From the sequence record OR836606.1: a stretch of DNA of 64,000 bases. One strand, written 5' to 3'. A program made the position numbers and the translations under genes. This DNA comes from Staphylococcus phage LY01. This document shows, one piece after another, positions 20,406 to 29,865 of the stretch. Each line of letters begins with the position of its first letter. The stretch's first letter is position 1. Below the pieces are notes generated by a model, which was given only the letters and a program-made list of their open reading frames with translations, was not told the DNA's origin and did not search any database.

Positions 20406-21884
20406 CTAAACCAAATGCAGCGCTTCCCGAAAAAGCATTTCACTCATATCAATATCAATCTTACCTAGATCTTCTCCACAATTAGGACATTTTGCACCTT
20501 TAATTGCATATTCAATAGCATTTTTATTAACACGATCATAGATAGCATCAGTTAATTGATGTCCATCACGAATAGAAAGATTTTCAATAATTTTCATTTT
20601 ATCCTTCATATTGTCTTCATTTAATTTACGGAATTTAGGTTTTTTCCCTTCTTTAAGTGTTTTTAAATCAGGAATATAAACATTTTTAACATGCATTAAA
20701 GCTGTAGCATTTTGTTTGAATCTTTCCGATTCTTCTTCAGTTAGTCCATCCATATGAATACTGCCCAAAACTTTTAAGTGCTTTTCAACAGTAGGCGTTA
20801 CAATTTCAAAGATAATTTTAGAGTCTTTTAAAGCAATACGCTGTTCTGTGTAAATTAATGAATGTTTTTTATTTTCATCAATACTAGTGATATTTTTAAC
20901 ATTTTTAGTAACATGTTCGAAAACATCTTCATCTTTAAATGACATTAACTGATCATTAGAAATTTTAACGTCTTTTAATTCAGCTTTACAGCTACCACAT
21001 CTAATGTCAAATTTAGTTTCACCAGGGAATGAAATATTATATAATCCATATTCAATAGTACTAACATCGTATACGGAAGTCAATCTAGCAAAATCTTGGA
21101 AATTATTAATTCCTAATGAATTTGTATTCATTTTGTGGAAGTATAATTGATATCGTTTTAACATTGCATTGTAATCATCATCAATGGATTCTGCAATAGA
21201 TAAAATCTCTTGGTTACGTAAACTTTCCATATGAGCAATATAAGCTGATTGTGGTAATACAACTTGATGAGTTGCTTTACTATTTAATACGAAATTAGTA
21301 TTTTCTTTATCAATATCATAATCAATATCAGAAATAATTTCAATATTGTCTAAATCTACATTAATATTATTTAATAGATTAGCTCTTTCATCGCTACTAA
21401 TGTTTTCGATTTCTTTAATAATCTTTTGGTTCTCATATTCTTTTTTAGCTTTTTGTTCTTGTTGTTCTTCAAATTCAGATAATGTCATATTAGAAGTATC
21501 TTCTTCTGATTTTCCTTCATTAAAACCATAAGAAGTTAAATTTTCATAATCAATGAAACCTTCTGCTGGTTGTGGACCATCTAAATTGATATGATCTGTT
21601 TTAGCTTGTTCTTGTTCATTATCAACACTAGCACTCATCATAGTCTGATTGTCTTTATTTCTTTGAGTTGGAATCGCCGATTTACTATTTTGATTCTGTT
21701 TTTTACCTTGCTGTTTATTATTATTTCTTCTGCGATTGTTGTTTTTCTTTTTATTACCTTGATTGTTTTTATTATGTGGTTGTTTTTGTTTTCCATCATT
21801 ATTAGAAGAACCTTGATTAATTTCATTTAATTCTTCTTCAGACATAAAATCATTAAGTTCATTGTTATCTGCTTTTTTTACCAT
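20406..21884 (-). CDS. hypothetical protein with N-terminal Q/N/K-rich region and C-terminal CxxC pair; may extend ~100 codons further (to ~20111) via a -1 frame change near 20415
   Basis: 492-aa ORF. A continuous stop-free stretch in the -1 frame spans 20111-20420 (..GSAAFGLVTTTNSKQYKKKVFDDAAYIAYLLDLFEGRLSF..NPGG). Confidence 0.45.
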   Translation of the reverse strand: MVKKADNNELNDFMSEEELNEINQGSSNNDGKQKQPHNKNNQGNKKKNNNRRRNNNKQQGKKQNQNSKSAIPTQRNKDNQTMMSASVDNEQEQAKTDHINLDGPQPAEGFIDYENLTSYGFNEGKSEEDTSNMTLSEFEEQQEQKAKKEYENQKIIKEIENISSDERANLLNNINVDLDNIEIISDIDYDIDKENTNFVLNSKATHQVVLPQSAYIAHMESLRNQEILSIAESIDDDYNAMLKRYQLYFHKMNTNSLGINNFQDFARLTSVYDVSTIEYGLYNISFPGETKFDIRCGSCKAELKDVKISNDQLMSFKDEDVFEHVTKNVKNITSIDENKKHSLIYTEQRIALKDSKIIFEIVTPTVEKHLKVLGSIHMDGLTEEESERFKQNATALMHVKNVYIPDLKTLKEGKKPKFRKLNEDNMKDKMKIIENLSIRDGHQLTDAIYDRVNKNAIEYAIKGAKCPNCGEDLGKIDIDMSEMLFREALHLV

Positions 21885-21926
21885 TTATCTATTTCTCCAT
21901 TCTTTTCTTTTATTATTTTTAAAGTC

Positions 21927-22328
21927 TTAGCTTAAGACAAGTTTAGTTACCATTTTCTTAGTTAATATATTAGCTGCAAATATATAAGAAAATCTTTGTA
22001 TATTAGATATGTCAATAGTATCTGACAATGTAACATCGATTTTTAAACTATTTAAATTTGCATTACTATTTTTTAATTGTGTTACTTTAACTTCTATATT
22101 AACAGAAGAAGATACTATATATTGACTTATCTGATTATTGATATTACTAGTGATATCGGATATAGTTTCGTTATCTAATATTTCAAATAAATAATCTTCG
22201 ATTCCCACTCCTAAATTTGGAGTATTAGGATAAGTTCCTTTTTTCATTATAATAAGATTTTGTACAGTCTGACCCATAGCTTCCATATCTTCTAACATAT
22301 GTTGACGATTATAAATATTTTGAGCCAT
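21927..22328 (-). CDS. hypothetical protein
   Basis: 133-aa ORF. Confidence 0.4.
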   Translation of the reverse strand: MAQNIYNRQHMLEDMEAMGQTVQNLIIMKKGTYPNTPNLGVGIEDYLFEILDNETISDITSNINNQISQYIVSSSVNIEVKVTQLKNSNANLNSLKIDVTLSDTIDISNIQRFSYIFAANILTKKMVTKLVLS

Positions 22329-22507
22329 AAATATTTCATTTCTAAAATGTTTCTTTATATTAGCGATTAGCTATCACCAACTTTCAATTAATATACTATA
22401 TAATATTATATTTATAAATAAATATCTTCTTAATTTTTTATAACAAAACAATAGAAACAAGCATTTATACTTAAATAATGATAATGAAAGAACGGTGAAA
22501 ACTAATA

Positions 22508-23239
22508 ATGGCTACAAAATATCATAAATGTCCATTCTGTAAAAAGAAATATGTAGATAAAAAAGGTCTTTATAATCATATGGAAAAATTTCATGAAAAA
22601 GAATTAGGAAATTTATCCGCAGCCAATGTATATTTTAATTATAGAAATAAAAAAACTCATGGTACATGTATTATATGCGGTAAACCTACTAAATTTAATG
22701 AACAAACTGAAAAGTATGAGCGTGTGCATGATAAAGTTTGTAAAGATAAATATAGACAACAATTTAAGGATAGAATGAATAAAAAGTATGGTAAAACAAC
22801 TCTTTTAAATGATCCAGAAATGCAAAATAAAATGTTAGAAAATAGAAGAATTTCAGGTAAATATCATTGGAGCTCTGGTAAAGGTTTACCTACTCAATAT
22901 GTAGGTTCTTATGAAAAAGACTTTTTAGAATTCTTAGATAAACAAATGGATTTTAAATCTAATAATGTATTATCTCCTTCTAATATAGCTATTCCTTATA
23001 CATTTGCTAATAAGAAACATTTCTACATGCCTGATTTTTACCTTCCCGACTTTAATTTATTAATAGAGATTAAAGGTAAAAATAATCATTATCAAAAACG
23101 TGATGAATTAAAAGAGAAGAAAAAAGATGAAGCGGCTTATAATTCTCAATATAATTACATTAAAATTGTAGATAAGAAATATAATGAATTTATAAGATTA
23201 ATTGATGAATTAAGAGAATCTGATGGGATTAAATCATAA
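22508..23239 (+). CDS. C2H2 zinc-finger protein with C-terminal Vsr/DUF559-like PD-(D/E)XK nuclease fold (homing-endonuclease-like)
   Basis: The segment CPFCKKKYVDKKGLYNHMEKFH is a classic C2H2 finger. The segment YMPDFYLPDFNLLIEIKGKNNHY matches the Vsr-like endonuclease core. Confidence 0.5.
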   Translation: MATKYHKCPFCKKKYVDKKGLYNHMEKFHEKELGNLSAANVYFNYRNKKTHGTCIICGKPTKFNEQTEKYERVHDKVCKDKYRQQFKDRMNKKYGKTTLLNDPEMQNKMLENRRISGKYHWSSGKGLPTQYVGSYEKDFLEFLDKQMDFKSNNVLSPSNIAIPYTFANKKHFYMPDFYLPDFNLLIEIKGKNNHYQKRDELKEKKKDEAAYNSQYNYIKIVDKKYNEFIRLIDELRESDGIKS

Positions 23240-23315
23240 TTTATAACAAATTTTTCTAAAAAATATAGAAAACCAAATAGTATTAGATAATAAAATTTGG
23301 AGGCGTTTTCTAGTT

Positions 23316-23876
23316 ATGAAAAAATTCATTCTATTATGTGGTGTGTCAGGTTCAGGAAAAACTGTATTAGCAAATAATTTATCAGATCAAAAGGAATATC
23401 CTCATTTATTTTTTAAAAAATTAGATCAAGTAACTACTAGAAAGCAAAGAGAAGATGAAAAAAATGGAGTAGACTATGTATTCTTAAATAAAGAAGAATA
23501 TGATAGTATGAAAAATAAATTAATAGCAAAGACTAACTTCTATGAAAATTATTATGGTACAATTGATCAAAGCTTAGAATATCTACAAAATGGTATTTAT
23601 AATGTAAATATTATTATTGTAAATAGAGAAGGTAGAGATGCTTCTGTAAGAGATATTAAAGAGAAATATGGGGAAGATTCTGAAATTATTACTATTCAAG
23701 TAATCAATGAAAAAAATCAAGTTAAACGTGAAGGAAGAAATAAAGAAGATTTAGAGAAAGAAAAGAAAGATTTAGATGAAGTAACTGATATTGAAGTAAT
23801 TAATAATACTGGAGATTGGTTAACTAATAAAGAATTTATTAAGACATTGATGAAACATAACTTTGTTAAGAGTTAA
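23316..23876 (+). CDS. guanylate-kinase-like P-loop nucleoside monophosphate kinase
   Basis: P-loop LLCGVSGSGKT. TTRKQREDEKNGVDYVFLNKEEYDSM resembles the guanylate kinase TTRppR..GvdYhFvs.eeF signature. Confidence 0.55.
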   Translation: MKKFILLCGVSGSGKTVLANNLSDQKEYPHLFFKKLDQVTTRKQREDEKNGVDYVFLNKEEYDSMKNKLIAKTNFYENYYGTIDQSLEYLQNGIYNVNIIIVNREGRDASVRDIKEKYGEDSEIITIQVINEKNQVKREGRNKEDLEKEKKDLDEVTDIEVINNTGDWLTNKEFIKTLMKHNFVKS

Positions 23877-23943
23877 AATATCATAAAAGAATGACATAAA
23901 ATTTACGAAGACAATTAGATTACAATTTTGAGGAGGTTTTATA

Positions 23944-24081
23944 ATGGGATTTTTAGATTTTTTATTAGATGAATATGGTGAAGTTGCAGAAGGATTACAA
24001 GGTAAATCAGAAGAAGATATTGAGAGAGAATATGAAATTAGTAAAGAAGCTGGCGATGATTATATAGGAGGATTATAAATG
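23944..24081 (+). CDS. small acidic hypothetical protein (45 aa)
   Basis: ATG 8 nt after a strong GAGGAGG RBS. Not in the ORF track because it is under 60 aa. Confidence 0.3.
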
Positions 24082-24149
24082 AATTGCTTAGCTAATGTAT
24101 TTTTAAATAGTAATTGGTTTATTAAAATATTATAGGGGAGGTAGTTACA

Positions 24150-24917
24150 GTGTCTAATTTATACATGAAAACTAATTACACATCAGACGTAAGATATATT
24201 AAAGATACTGTAATTACTGAATATGATATTAAATCAGCTGGTATGAATATATTATATGATTCAGGTTACTTTAATGAAGAACAATATAATAAATTAAGAA
24301 ATACTCAAAAATATGAAAGAAATGTCATTATTGGTAAGATGTTAAAGAATAATAAAGATATGAATAAAGTATTAATGGATGGTTTTAAAATAGCTAGAAA
24401 GATTTTTATAGAGAATAACAATCTTAAAGATAGTGATATTTTAAGTATTAAAAAAGATGCTATATTTGTTATTGGTAAAAAATGTAATAATTTAAAAATA
24501 TCTAAACATGTTAGATTTATTGAAAGTGAAGAATATGATAATTATATAAATGTATTAGGTAAAGAACATTATATAAATTTATATCAAAATAGAATAGATG
24601 TAAAAGGATATCAGAATGGTGTTAAAGAGCATCATATCAATTATTTGTTTAGATTTTTAATAGAATGTCTATGGGAAGATAAAAAGAAAGATAAAACAGA
24701 TTTATATAAGAAATTATTATTATTTAAAGATAATATGATAAGTCATAATTTACCTTCCGGATTTTATAAAGATATAATTGAAAATAAATATATCATTGAG
24801 ATGGATACATTGGAAATGTATATCGAAGATGACATTAATGAAGAATTGAGAATTGAAGATTTATCTTATAAAAATCAATTAAGATTTTTAACAGATTTAA
24901 TAAATGTTTTATTATAA
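24150..24917 (+). CDS. hypothetical protein, GTG start
   Basis: RBS GGGGAGG upstream. Confidence 0.4.
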   Translation: MSNLYMKTNYTSDVRYIKDTVITEYDIKSAGMNILYDSGYFNEEQYNKLRNTQKYERNVIIGKMLKNNKDMNKVLMDGFKIARKIFIENNNLKDSDILSIKKDAIFVIGKKCNNLKISKHVRFIESEEYDNYINVLGKEHYINLYQNRIDVKGYQNGVKEHHINYLFRFLIECLWEDKKKDKTDLYKKLLLFKDNMISHNLPSGFYKDIIENKYIIEMDTLEMYIEDDINEELRIEDLSYKNQLRFLTDLINVLL

Positions 24918-24936
24918 AAAAAAAATAATATAAATT

Positions 24937-24966
24937 CCCCTAACCTTAAATTAATAAGGTTAGGGG
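24937..24966. terminator. bidirectional terminator CCCCTAACC-TTAAATTAATA-AGGTTAGGGG (family copy 1)
   Basis: Located between convergent genes. A 40-nt identical copy occurs at 56275-56313 and a near-identical copy at 29830-29859. Confidence 0.6.
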
Positions 24967-24971
24967 ATACT

Positions 24972-25463
24972 TTAAGAATTTTTTTGTAACTCATTACGTT
25001 CTTTTATATATAAAGTTAGTTTGTAATACATCATATCTAGTACTATATTTTCTATTTCATCTTCTTTATATATTAAAGATAATTTATTTTTGAAATCATC
25101 AGATAAATAATTCATGAATTTTTCAAATACATCTTCAAGTATAACATTTTTTCTTTGTTCGGATATAGTTATATTTTTAGTTGAAACTGAAGGATTGTCT
25201 AATTTTAAATCCATGTATGTTTCTTCTATAGTTAAATCATAAGTGGGTTTTAAAAAATCATCGATCATGAAATTTAATGATTCTAATACATCTTTCCCAG
25301 TTGATTGCTTTTCTAGAATAGATATTTTATTTCTATAATTTTTATTCATCTTAATATTTTTAACTAATTCTTTTCTAAAATGAATTGATATAAATATAAA
25401 TACTAAAGTAGTTAAAAAGAATGCTAAAGATAAAATACTAAGTATAATTACATTATCTAACAT
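24972..25463 (-). CDS. hypothetical membrane protein (single N-terminal TM)
   Basis: N-terminal hydrophobic segment VIILSILSLAFFLTTLVFIFISI. Confidence 0.4.
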   Translation of the reverse strand: MLDNVIILSILSLAFFLTTLVFIFISIHFRKELVKNIKMNKNYRNKISILEKQSTGKDVLESLNFMIDDFLKPTYDLTIEETYMDLKLDNPSVSTKNITISEQRKNVILEDVFEKFMNYLSDDFKNKLSLIYKEDEIENIVLDMMYYKLTLYIKERNELQKNS

Positions 25464-25526
25464 CTACTTCCACCCTCTTTCTTCGTCTTTTTTCTTTCTC
25501 TACTATATTTTCTTTCATTTTATATT

Positions 25527-26081
25527 TTATACTTCCACTTTAATGAAGTTAACATTATTCGAAATTAATAATTCCATCACATCTTCATAACCATCATATA
25601 ATTCATTAAAATATACATTTTTAATACCTGCAGCAATTATACTCTTAGCACAATTATAACATGGTGAGTGAGTACAATATAAATCTAAACCTTCAGTAGA
25701 AATACCTTTTTTATTCATCTTAGATAGAGCATTTATTTCAGCATGAACTTCATTTAATAAAGACCATTTATGATGTTGTTCTTGATCTTCACATTTAATC
25801 CATTCAATTAAATTAGTTTCTTCATTAAGATCTTTTACGTACCAAATTCCATCTTCTTTTTTAAATATTTCATTACAATTCAATTTATCCGGAAAAGAAC
25901 CATTCACACCAAGAGAGAATATAGAATCGTCATCAGCTATAATTGAACTAACTTTCTTAGCAGCACATTTACTAATAGCAGAAGATCTAATACAAAAATC
26001 CATGCATAGTCTATTCCAATCACTTATGCCCAATGCTTCATTATAATCATCTTCATTGTTAAAATCTATTTTAGTTGTCAT
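25527..26081 (-). CDS. dCMP deaminase (CMP/dCMP deaminase zinc-binding family)
   Basis: HAEINALSK...GLDLYCTHSPCYNCAKSIIAAGIKNV contains the H(A)E and PCxxC zinc-ligand motifs of cytidine/deoxycytidylate deaminases. Confidence 0.7.
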   Translation of the reverse strand: MTTKIDFNNEDDYNEALGISDWNRLCMDFCIRSSAISKCAAKKVSSIIADDDSIFSLGVNGSFPDKLNCNEIFKKEDGIWYVKDLNEETNLIEWIKCEDQEQHHKWSLLNEVHAEINALSKMNKKGISTEGLDLYCTHSPCYNCAKSIIAAGIKNVYFNELYDGYEDVMELLISNNVNFIKVEV

Positions 26082-26692
26082 TAAAATATCTCTCCCTTTT
26101 CTAATTTAGTTATAAATTTATCAGCTTTATCAATAGCATATTCTATAGAAAAAGCACTATTACTATTTTCCATAGCTTCCATTTTAGCTTTTACTGCATA
26201 CTCATCAGCTAAATCATTATATTTTTCGTTATTATGACCTTTAGTCCATTGAACATCAATGTAATATTTATGTTTATTTCTATTTACATAAGATTTAATC
26301 CTGTTCATCAATTTCCATAATTCTATATTTTTAACATCAGATCCAGAATTAGTTTTCCAGCCATTTTCAATCCAATTATCAATATATTTATTGTAACTAT
26401 TAACTACATACTGACTATCTGATTTTATATTAATATTAATTTTACCTTTATAATCACAAGAATCTATAGCAAACATTATTGAAAATAGTACTGACAATAT
26501 TTCTAATTTATTATTAGTTAAATCTTTTCCTATATAAGGTATTGCAAGATAATCAAATATATTATCTTCAACAGGTATAATACCTAGTCCTCCGTATTTA
26601 GTTCCTTTAGATTTAACCCCTTTTATTGCTCCATCACAATAAATTTCTATGTTCCTAGCATTCTCTTTAAGCAATTTTTTAAAGTCTATCAA
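26081..26692 (-). CDS. ribonuclease H (RNase HI-like)
   Basis: IEIYCDGA ... IKSDSQYV ... WIENGWKTNSG ... VQWTKGHNNEKYNDLADEYA matches the RNase H catalytic DEDD layout (DG, E, D, KGH..N..AD). Confidence 0.7.
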   Translation of the reverse strand: MIDFKKLLKENARNIEIYCDGAIKGVKSKGTKYGGLGIIPVEDNIFDYLAIPYIGKDLTNNKLEILSVLFSIMFAIDSCDYKGKININIKSDSQYVVNSYNKYIDNWIENGWKTNSGSDVKNIELWKLMNRIKSYVNRNKHKYYIDVQWTKGHNNEKYNDLADEYAVKAKMEAMENSNSAFSIEYAIDKADKFITKLEKGEIF

Positions 26693-26720
26693 TCTTATTC
26701 ACTCCCCCGAAAAAAAAAAT

Positions 26721-26746
26721 AAGTGACCTTTTATTAAAGGTCACTT
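26721..26746 (-). terminator. terminator AAGTGACC-TTTTATTAAA-GGTCACTT with T-run on the minus strand
   Basis: Stem-loop preceded on the + strand by A9, which is a T-run for the minus-strand gene 26783..28969. Confidence 0.5.
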
Positions 26747-26782
26747 AATATTAATATTAAAGAAGTTATTTTGATTTTATAA

Positions 26783-28969
26783 TTAAATCATTAACTCTTC
26801 AACATCACATAGGTATTCACCATTTTGATAAACTTTATTTCCTTCTTTAGAAATATTATCTAAACCAGTAATTGATTTAATTAAATCAATATTGTATGTT
26901 AAACCTTTAACTTTAGTTACTTTAGGTTTAATGTCTTCTAGATTTTCTTCACCTGTTAAAATGTCATAATAATCTTCTACAATCATAGATTCATCATTAT
27001 TATTATGAATTTCAATTGTACGACCATCCAAGAATTTGATTTTAGATACAAAGAAATTAAATTCCGTATTTTCAAAAATGCTATTGATGAATAATTTACG
27101 TTTTTCAATTTCTTTCTCAATATCATTATTTGGTACTTTTCTTAATAAATGATTTTCTCCAGCATATTTAAATGAAATATCTTTAAATAACTTACTATCT
27201 TTAATAATAATGTAATCATATTTAACAGATTCTTCTTTGATAACTTCTTCAAATTCTTCATTACTATATTTTTTAGATTCTGAATCTTGTTTTTCGTTTG
27301 ATAGACCTTTAAAGAATTTTTTCATTTCTTGCTCTTCTTTATTATTTTCATTATTATAACGTCTATTAAATTTTTCTATTTGAGACATAGTTTCTACTTC
27401 AATATCATTTTTATTTACAGCCATTTCGTCTTCATCTCCTAATAAGATATCAAAATTTTCTTTATACTTAGAAAGACCATTTTTGTCTAAATAAGTTTTA
27501 ATACTTTGTTTAAATAAATTATAATACTCTTTATATTGATTTTTATAGTTTTTATTATCATAACTATATTCATCTTTCAAAGAATATAATTCTTTAATTT
27601 CTTCTTTTAATGAAATTGAACTACGTTTACTAGAATTTAAAGTATATTTAAATGCATCTAATAAACTAAATTCTTCATTAAAGAAATCTTCAACTTTATC
27701 ATTAATGTAATTTAAAATTACATTGTTAATTAAAACTTGCATAACGATAGAACTAGAGTCTCTAAAATCTTTAGCCACATTTGAGCCATCGATATCCATA
27801 TACATTAAAAAAGCAACATTATTTCTTTTAGGATATAAAATATAATTTAATACAAAGTTTTTAGAGTAAATATTAGTTTTTCTTCTATTTTCTAATGAAG
27901 TAAATAGATTGTAAACTAATTCACCAAAATATGGTTTAATATCTGCAATTTCTAAATCAGATAAAAGAATATATAAAGTTAATAAATCTCCTAATTTAGA
28001 GATATAAGAGTTTGATGTTAGATTAGATCTAAACGGATTAAACCCTTTAACCTTACTGTCGTCAACTAAAGAAGTCACTTCTTCTAATTTAGTGTTTTTA
28101 CCATCTTTAAAAACTAAACTTTTAATAACATTTCCACCTAAGTTATTTGTATTGAAATTATAATAAGAATAATAATTATAGAATTTATAGTCAGATTTTT
28201 GACTATAGTTATAAGTAGTACTATTATATTTTTCTTTAATAAAGAGATAAGCTTTTTCTTTGCGACTCTTTGTATTATTATTGTATTCTAAAAGTAAATC
28301 GACATCATGAATTTCATTTATCATAGTATTGATTTCTAAAATATATTCAATTAAATCTTCGTCATCTTGTTCTAAGAAAACCTTGAAACTTGGTTTATTT
28401 ATATTAGTTTCAACTTTAATAATTTCTTTTACATCCTTAATATCGTCTATTTTATTTTCTACAATTACATCTAATACATTACGACCAATTTTATCAGATA
28501 ACGTTAATCCTTTATGATAATTATAGTTTTCATTTTCATAGAATCTAAATATATTATAATTATCTACAATACTAGATTTAATGAAATGTAGTAAAGCTAT
28601 AGTTTCTTTTCCCACGACTTTAGTTTCATCTAAAGAACTTAAATTGAAATTTCTAGAAGATACTTGTGTCATAAAAGGATAATTTCCTATTTCATATATT
28701 ACATAAATAGTGTTATTATAAGAATTATCTCCATTATTATATGATACAAATCTAAAATCTTCTCCAATAAATACTGTATCTTTAATTATTTTTATGATTT
28801 CTTCAAAAAGATACTTAACATTGTATTTAAACAATTTGCTTTCTCTAATTGACTTTTTGTAATTAAGACCCATTTCTTTCTCAAACCATAATAATTCACT
28901 TTCTAATAATACCCTTTCCGTTCTACTTGAGTTTAAAATTTGTTTACTCATATCCAATTCACTCTCCAT
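26783..28969 (-). CDS. hypothetical protein (728 aa)
   Basis: Long ORF. Confidence 0.45.
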   Translation of the reverse strand: MESELDMSKQILNSSRTERVLLESELLWFEKEMGLNYKKSIRESKLFKYNVKYLFEEIIKIIKDTVFIGEDFRFVSYNNGDNSYNNTIYVIYEIGNYPFMTQVSSRNFNLSSLDETKVVGKETIALLHFIKSSIVDNYNIFRFYENENYNYHKGLTLSDKIGRNVLDVIVENKIDDIKDVKEIIKVETNINKPSFKVFLEQDDEDLIEYILEINTMINEIHDVDLLLEYNNNTKSRKEKAYLFIKEKYNSTTYNYSQKSDYKFYNYYSYYNFNTNNLGGNVIKSLVFKDGKNTKLEEVTSLVDDSKVKGFNPFRSNLTSNSYISKLGDLLTLYILLSDLEIADIKPYFGELVYNLFTSLENRRKTNIYSKNFVLNYILYPKRNNVAFLMYMDIDGSNVAKDFRDSSSIVMQVLINNVILNYINDKVEDFFNEEFSLLDAFKYTLNSSKRSSISLKEEIKELYSLKDEYSYDNKNYKNQYKEYYNLFKQSIKTYLDKNGLSKYKENFDILLGDEDEMAVNKNDIEVETMSQIEKFNRRYNNENNKEEQEMKKFFKGLSNEKQDSESKKYSNEEFEEVIKEESVKYDYIIIKDSKLFKDISFKYAGENHLLRKVPNNDIEKEIEKRKLFINSIFENTEFNFFVSKIKFLDGRTIEIHNNNDESMIVEDYYDILTGEENLEDIKPKVTKVKGLTYNIDLIKSITGLDNISKEGNKVYQNGEYLCDVEELMI

Positions 28970-29126
28970 TTAAAATATTTTTTGAAATACTATTAGCTAA
29001 TTAGTACTTCACTTTTATAATATATATTTAAAAATTTACATGAAACGTATAAAGACTAAGAAATATTCATAACATTTATTTATATTAATACAAATAAAAG
29101 AAAATTAGAAAGAAGGTATTAAATCT

Positions 29127-29810
29127 ATGCAAATGCCAAAAGTAGATAAAAAAGACCTTCCAAAATTAATCGAGACAATAGAGTTAAATGTAGATGAAAC
29201 AAAGAAATTTGAAATGTATAATAATGAAGATGATATAAAGTCTGAAGAGACATTTAATAAATATATTGAGAAAATTATTAGAAGTTCATATGAATATAAA
29301 TCATTTATTAAAGCTTTGAAAACAGAAATGGACCTCACTAAATGTAAATTTATTCCAGAAGTTGATATAAATGATGATAAGAGATTGACTATTGAGATGC
29401 ACCACTATCCATTGTCTTTATACGATATAGTATCTAGCTACAGAGAGAAGTTAAAAACTAACTATGAGTATAAAAAATCATATGAAAGTTTTAAAATAGC
29501 TGAAGATGTTATTAAGATGCATTTCGAAGGTAATGTAGGAATCGTACCTTTGTCTTATACTGCTCATGAATTAGCTCATAATGGAGATCTATTTATACCA
29601 TTAAATGAAGAGTTTGTTTTCGGTAATTTTGAAGGTTTATTTAATCAAGTGGAATTAGAAGCACCACTGGAAAATAAATTAGAAGCAGTTAAAAAAATGA
29701 CTAAAAAATATGAAGAAGATCCTTCTTTATATGAATCAGAAGTTCTTGACAAAGTTAAAACTGAAATCAAAATGAAAAATGAAGTTAAGCCAAATAAAAT
29801 AATTCAATAA
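29127..29810 (+). CDS. hypothetical protein
   Basis: 227-aa ORF. Confidence 0.4.
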   Translation: MQMPKVDKKDLPKLIETIELNVDETKKFEMYNNEDDIKSEETFNKYIEKIIRSSYEYKSFIKALKTEMDLTKCKFIPEVDINDDKRLTIEMHHYPLSLYDIVSSYREKLKTNYEYKKSYESFKIAEDVIKMHFEGNVGIVPLSYTAHELAHNGDLFIPLNEEFVFGNFEGLFNQVELEAPLENKLEAVKKMTKKYEEDPSLYESEVLDKVKTEIKMKNEVKPNKIIQ

Positions 29811-29829
29811 AAAAAAAAATAATAAAAAC

Positions 29830-29859
29830 GCCCTAACCTTAAATTAATAAGGTTAGGGC
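29830..29859. terminator. bidirectional terminator GCCCTAACC-TTAAATTAATA-AGGTTAGGGC (family copy 2)
   Basis: Located between convergent genes. Confidence 0.6.
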
Positions 29860-29865
29860 TATTAT

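Noticed and set aside
24972-25463. Calling the single-TM 163-aa protein a holin.
   Set aside because: It is 26 kb from the lysin genes, has only one predicted TM segment, and a long soluble C-terminus. There is no positional or motif support.
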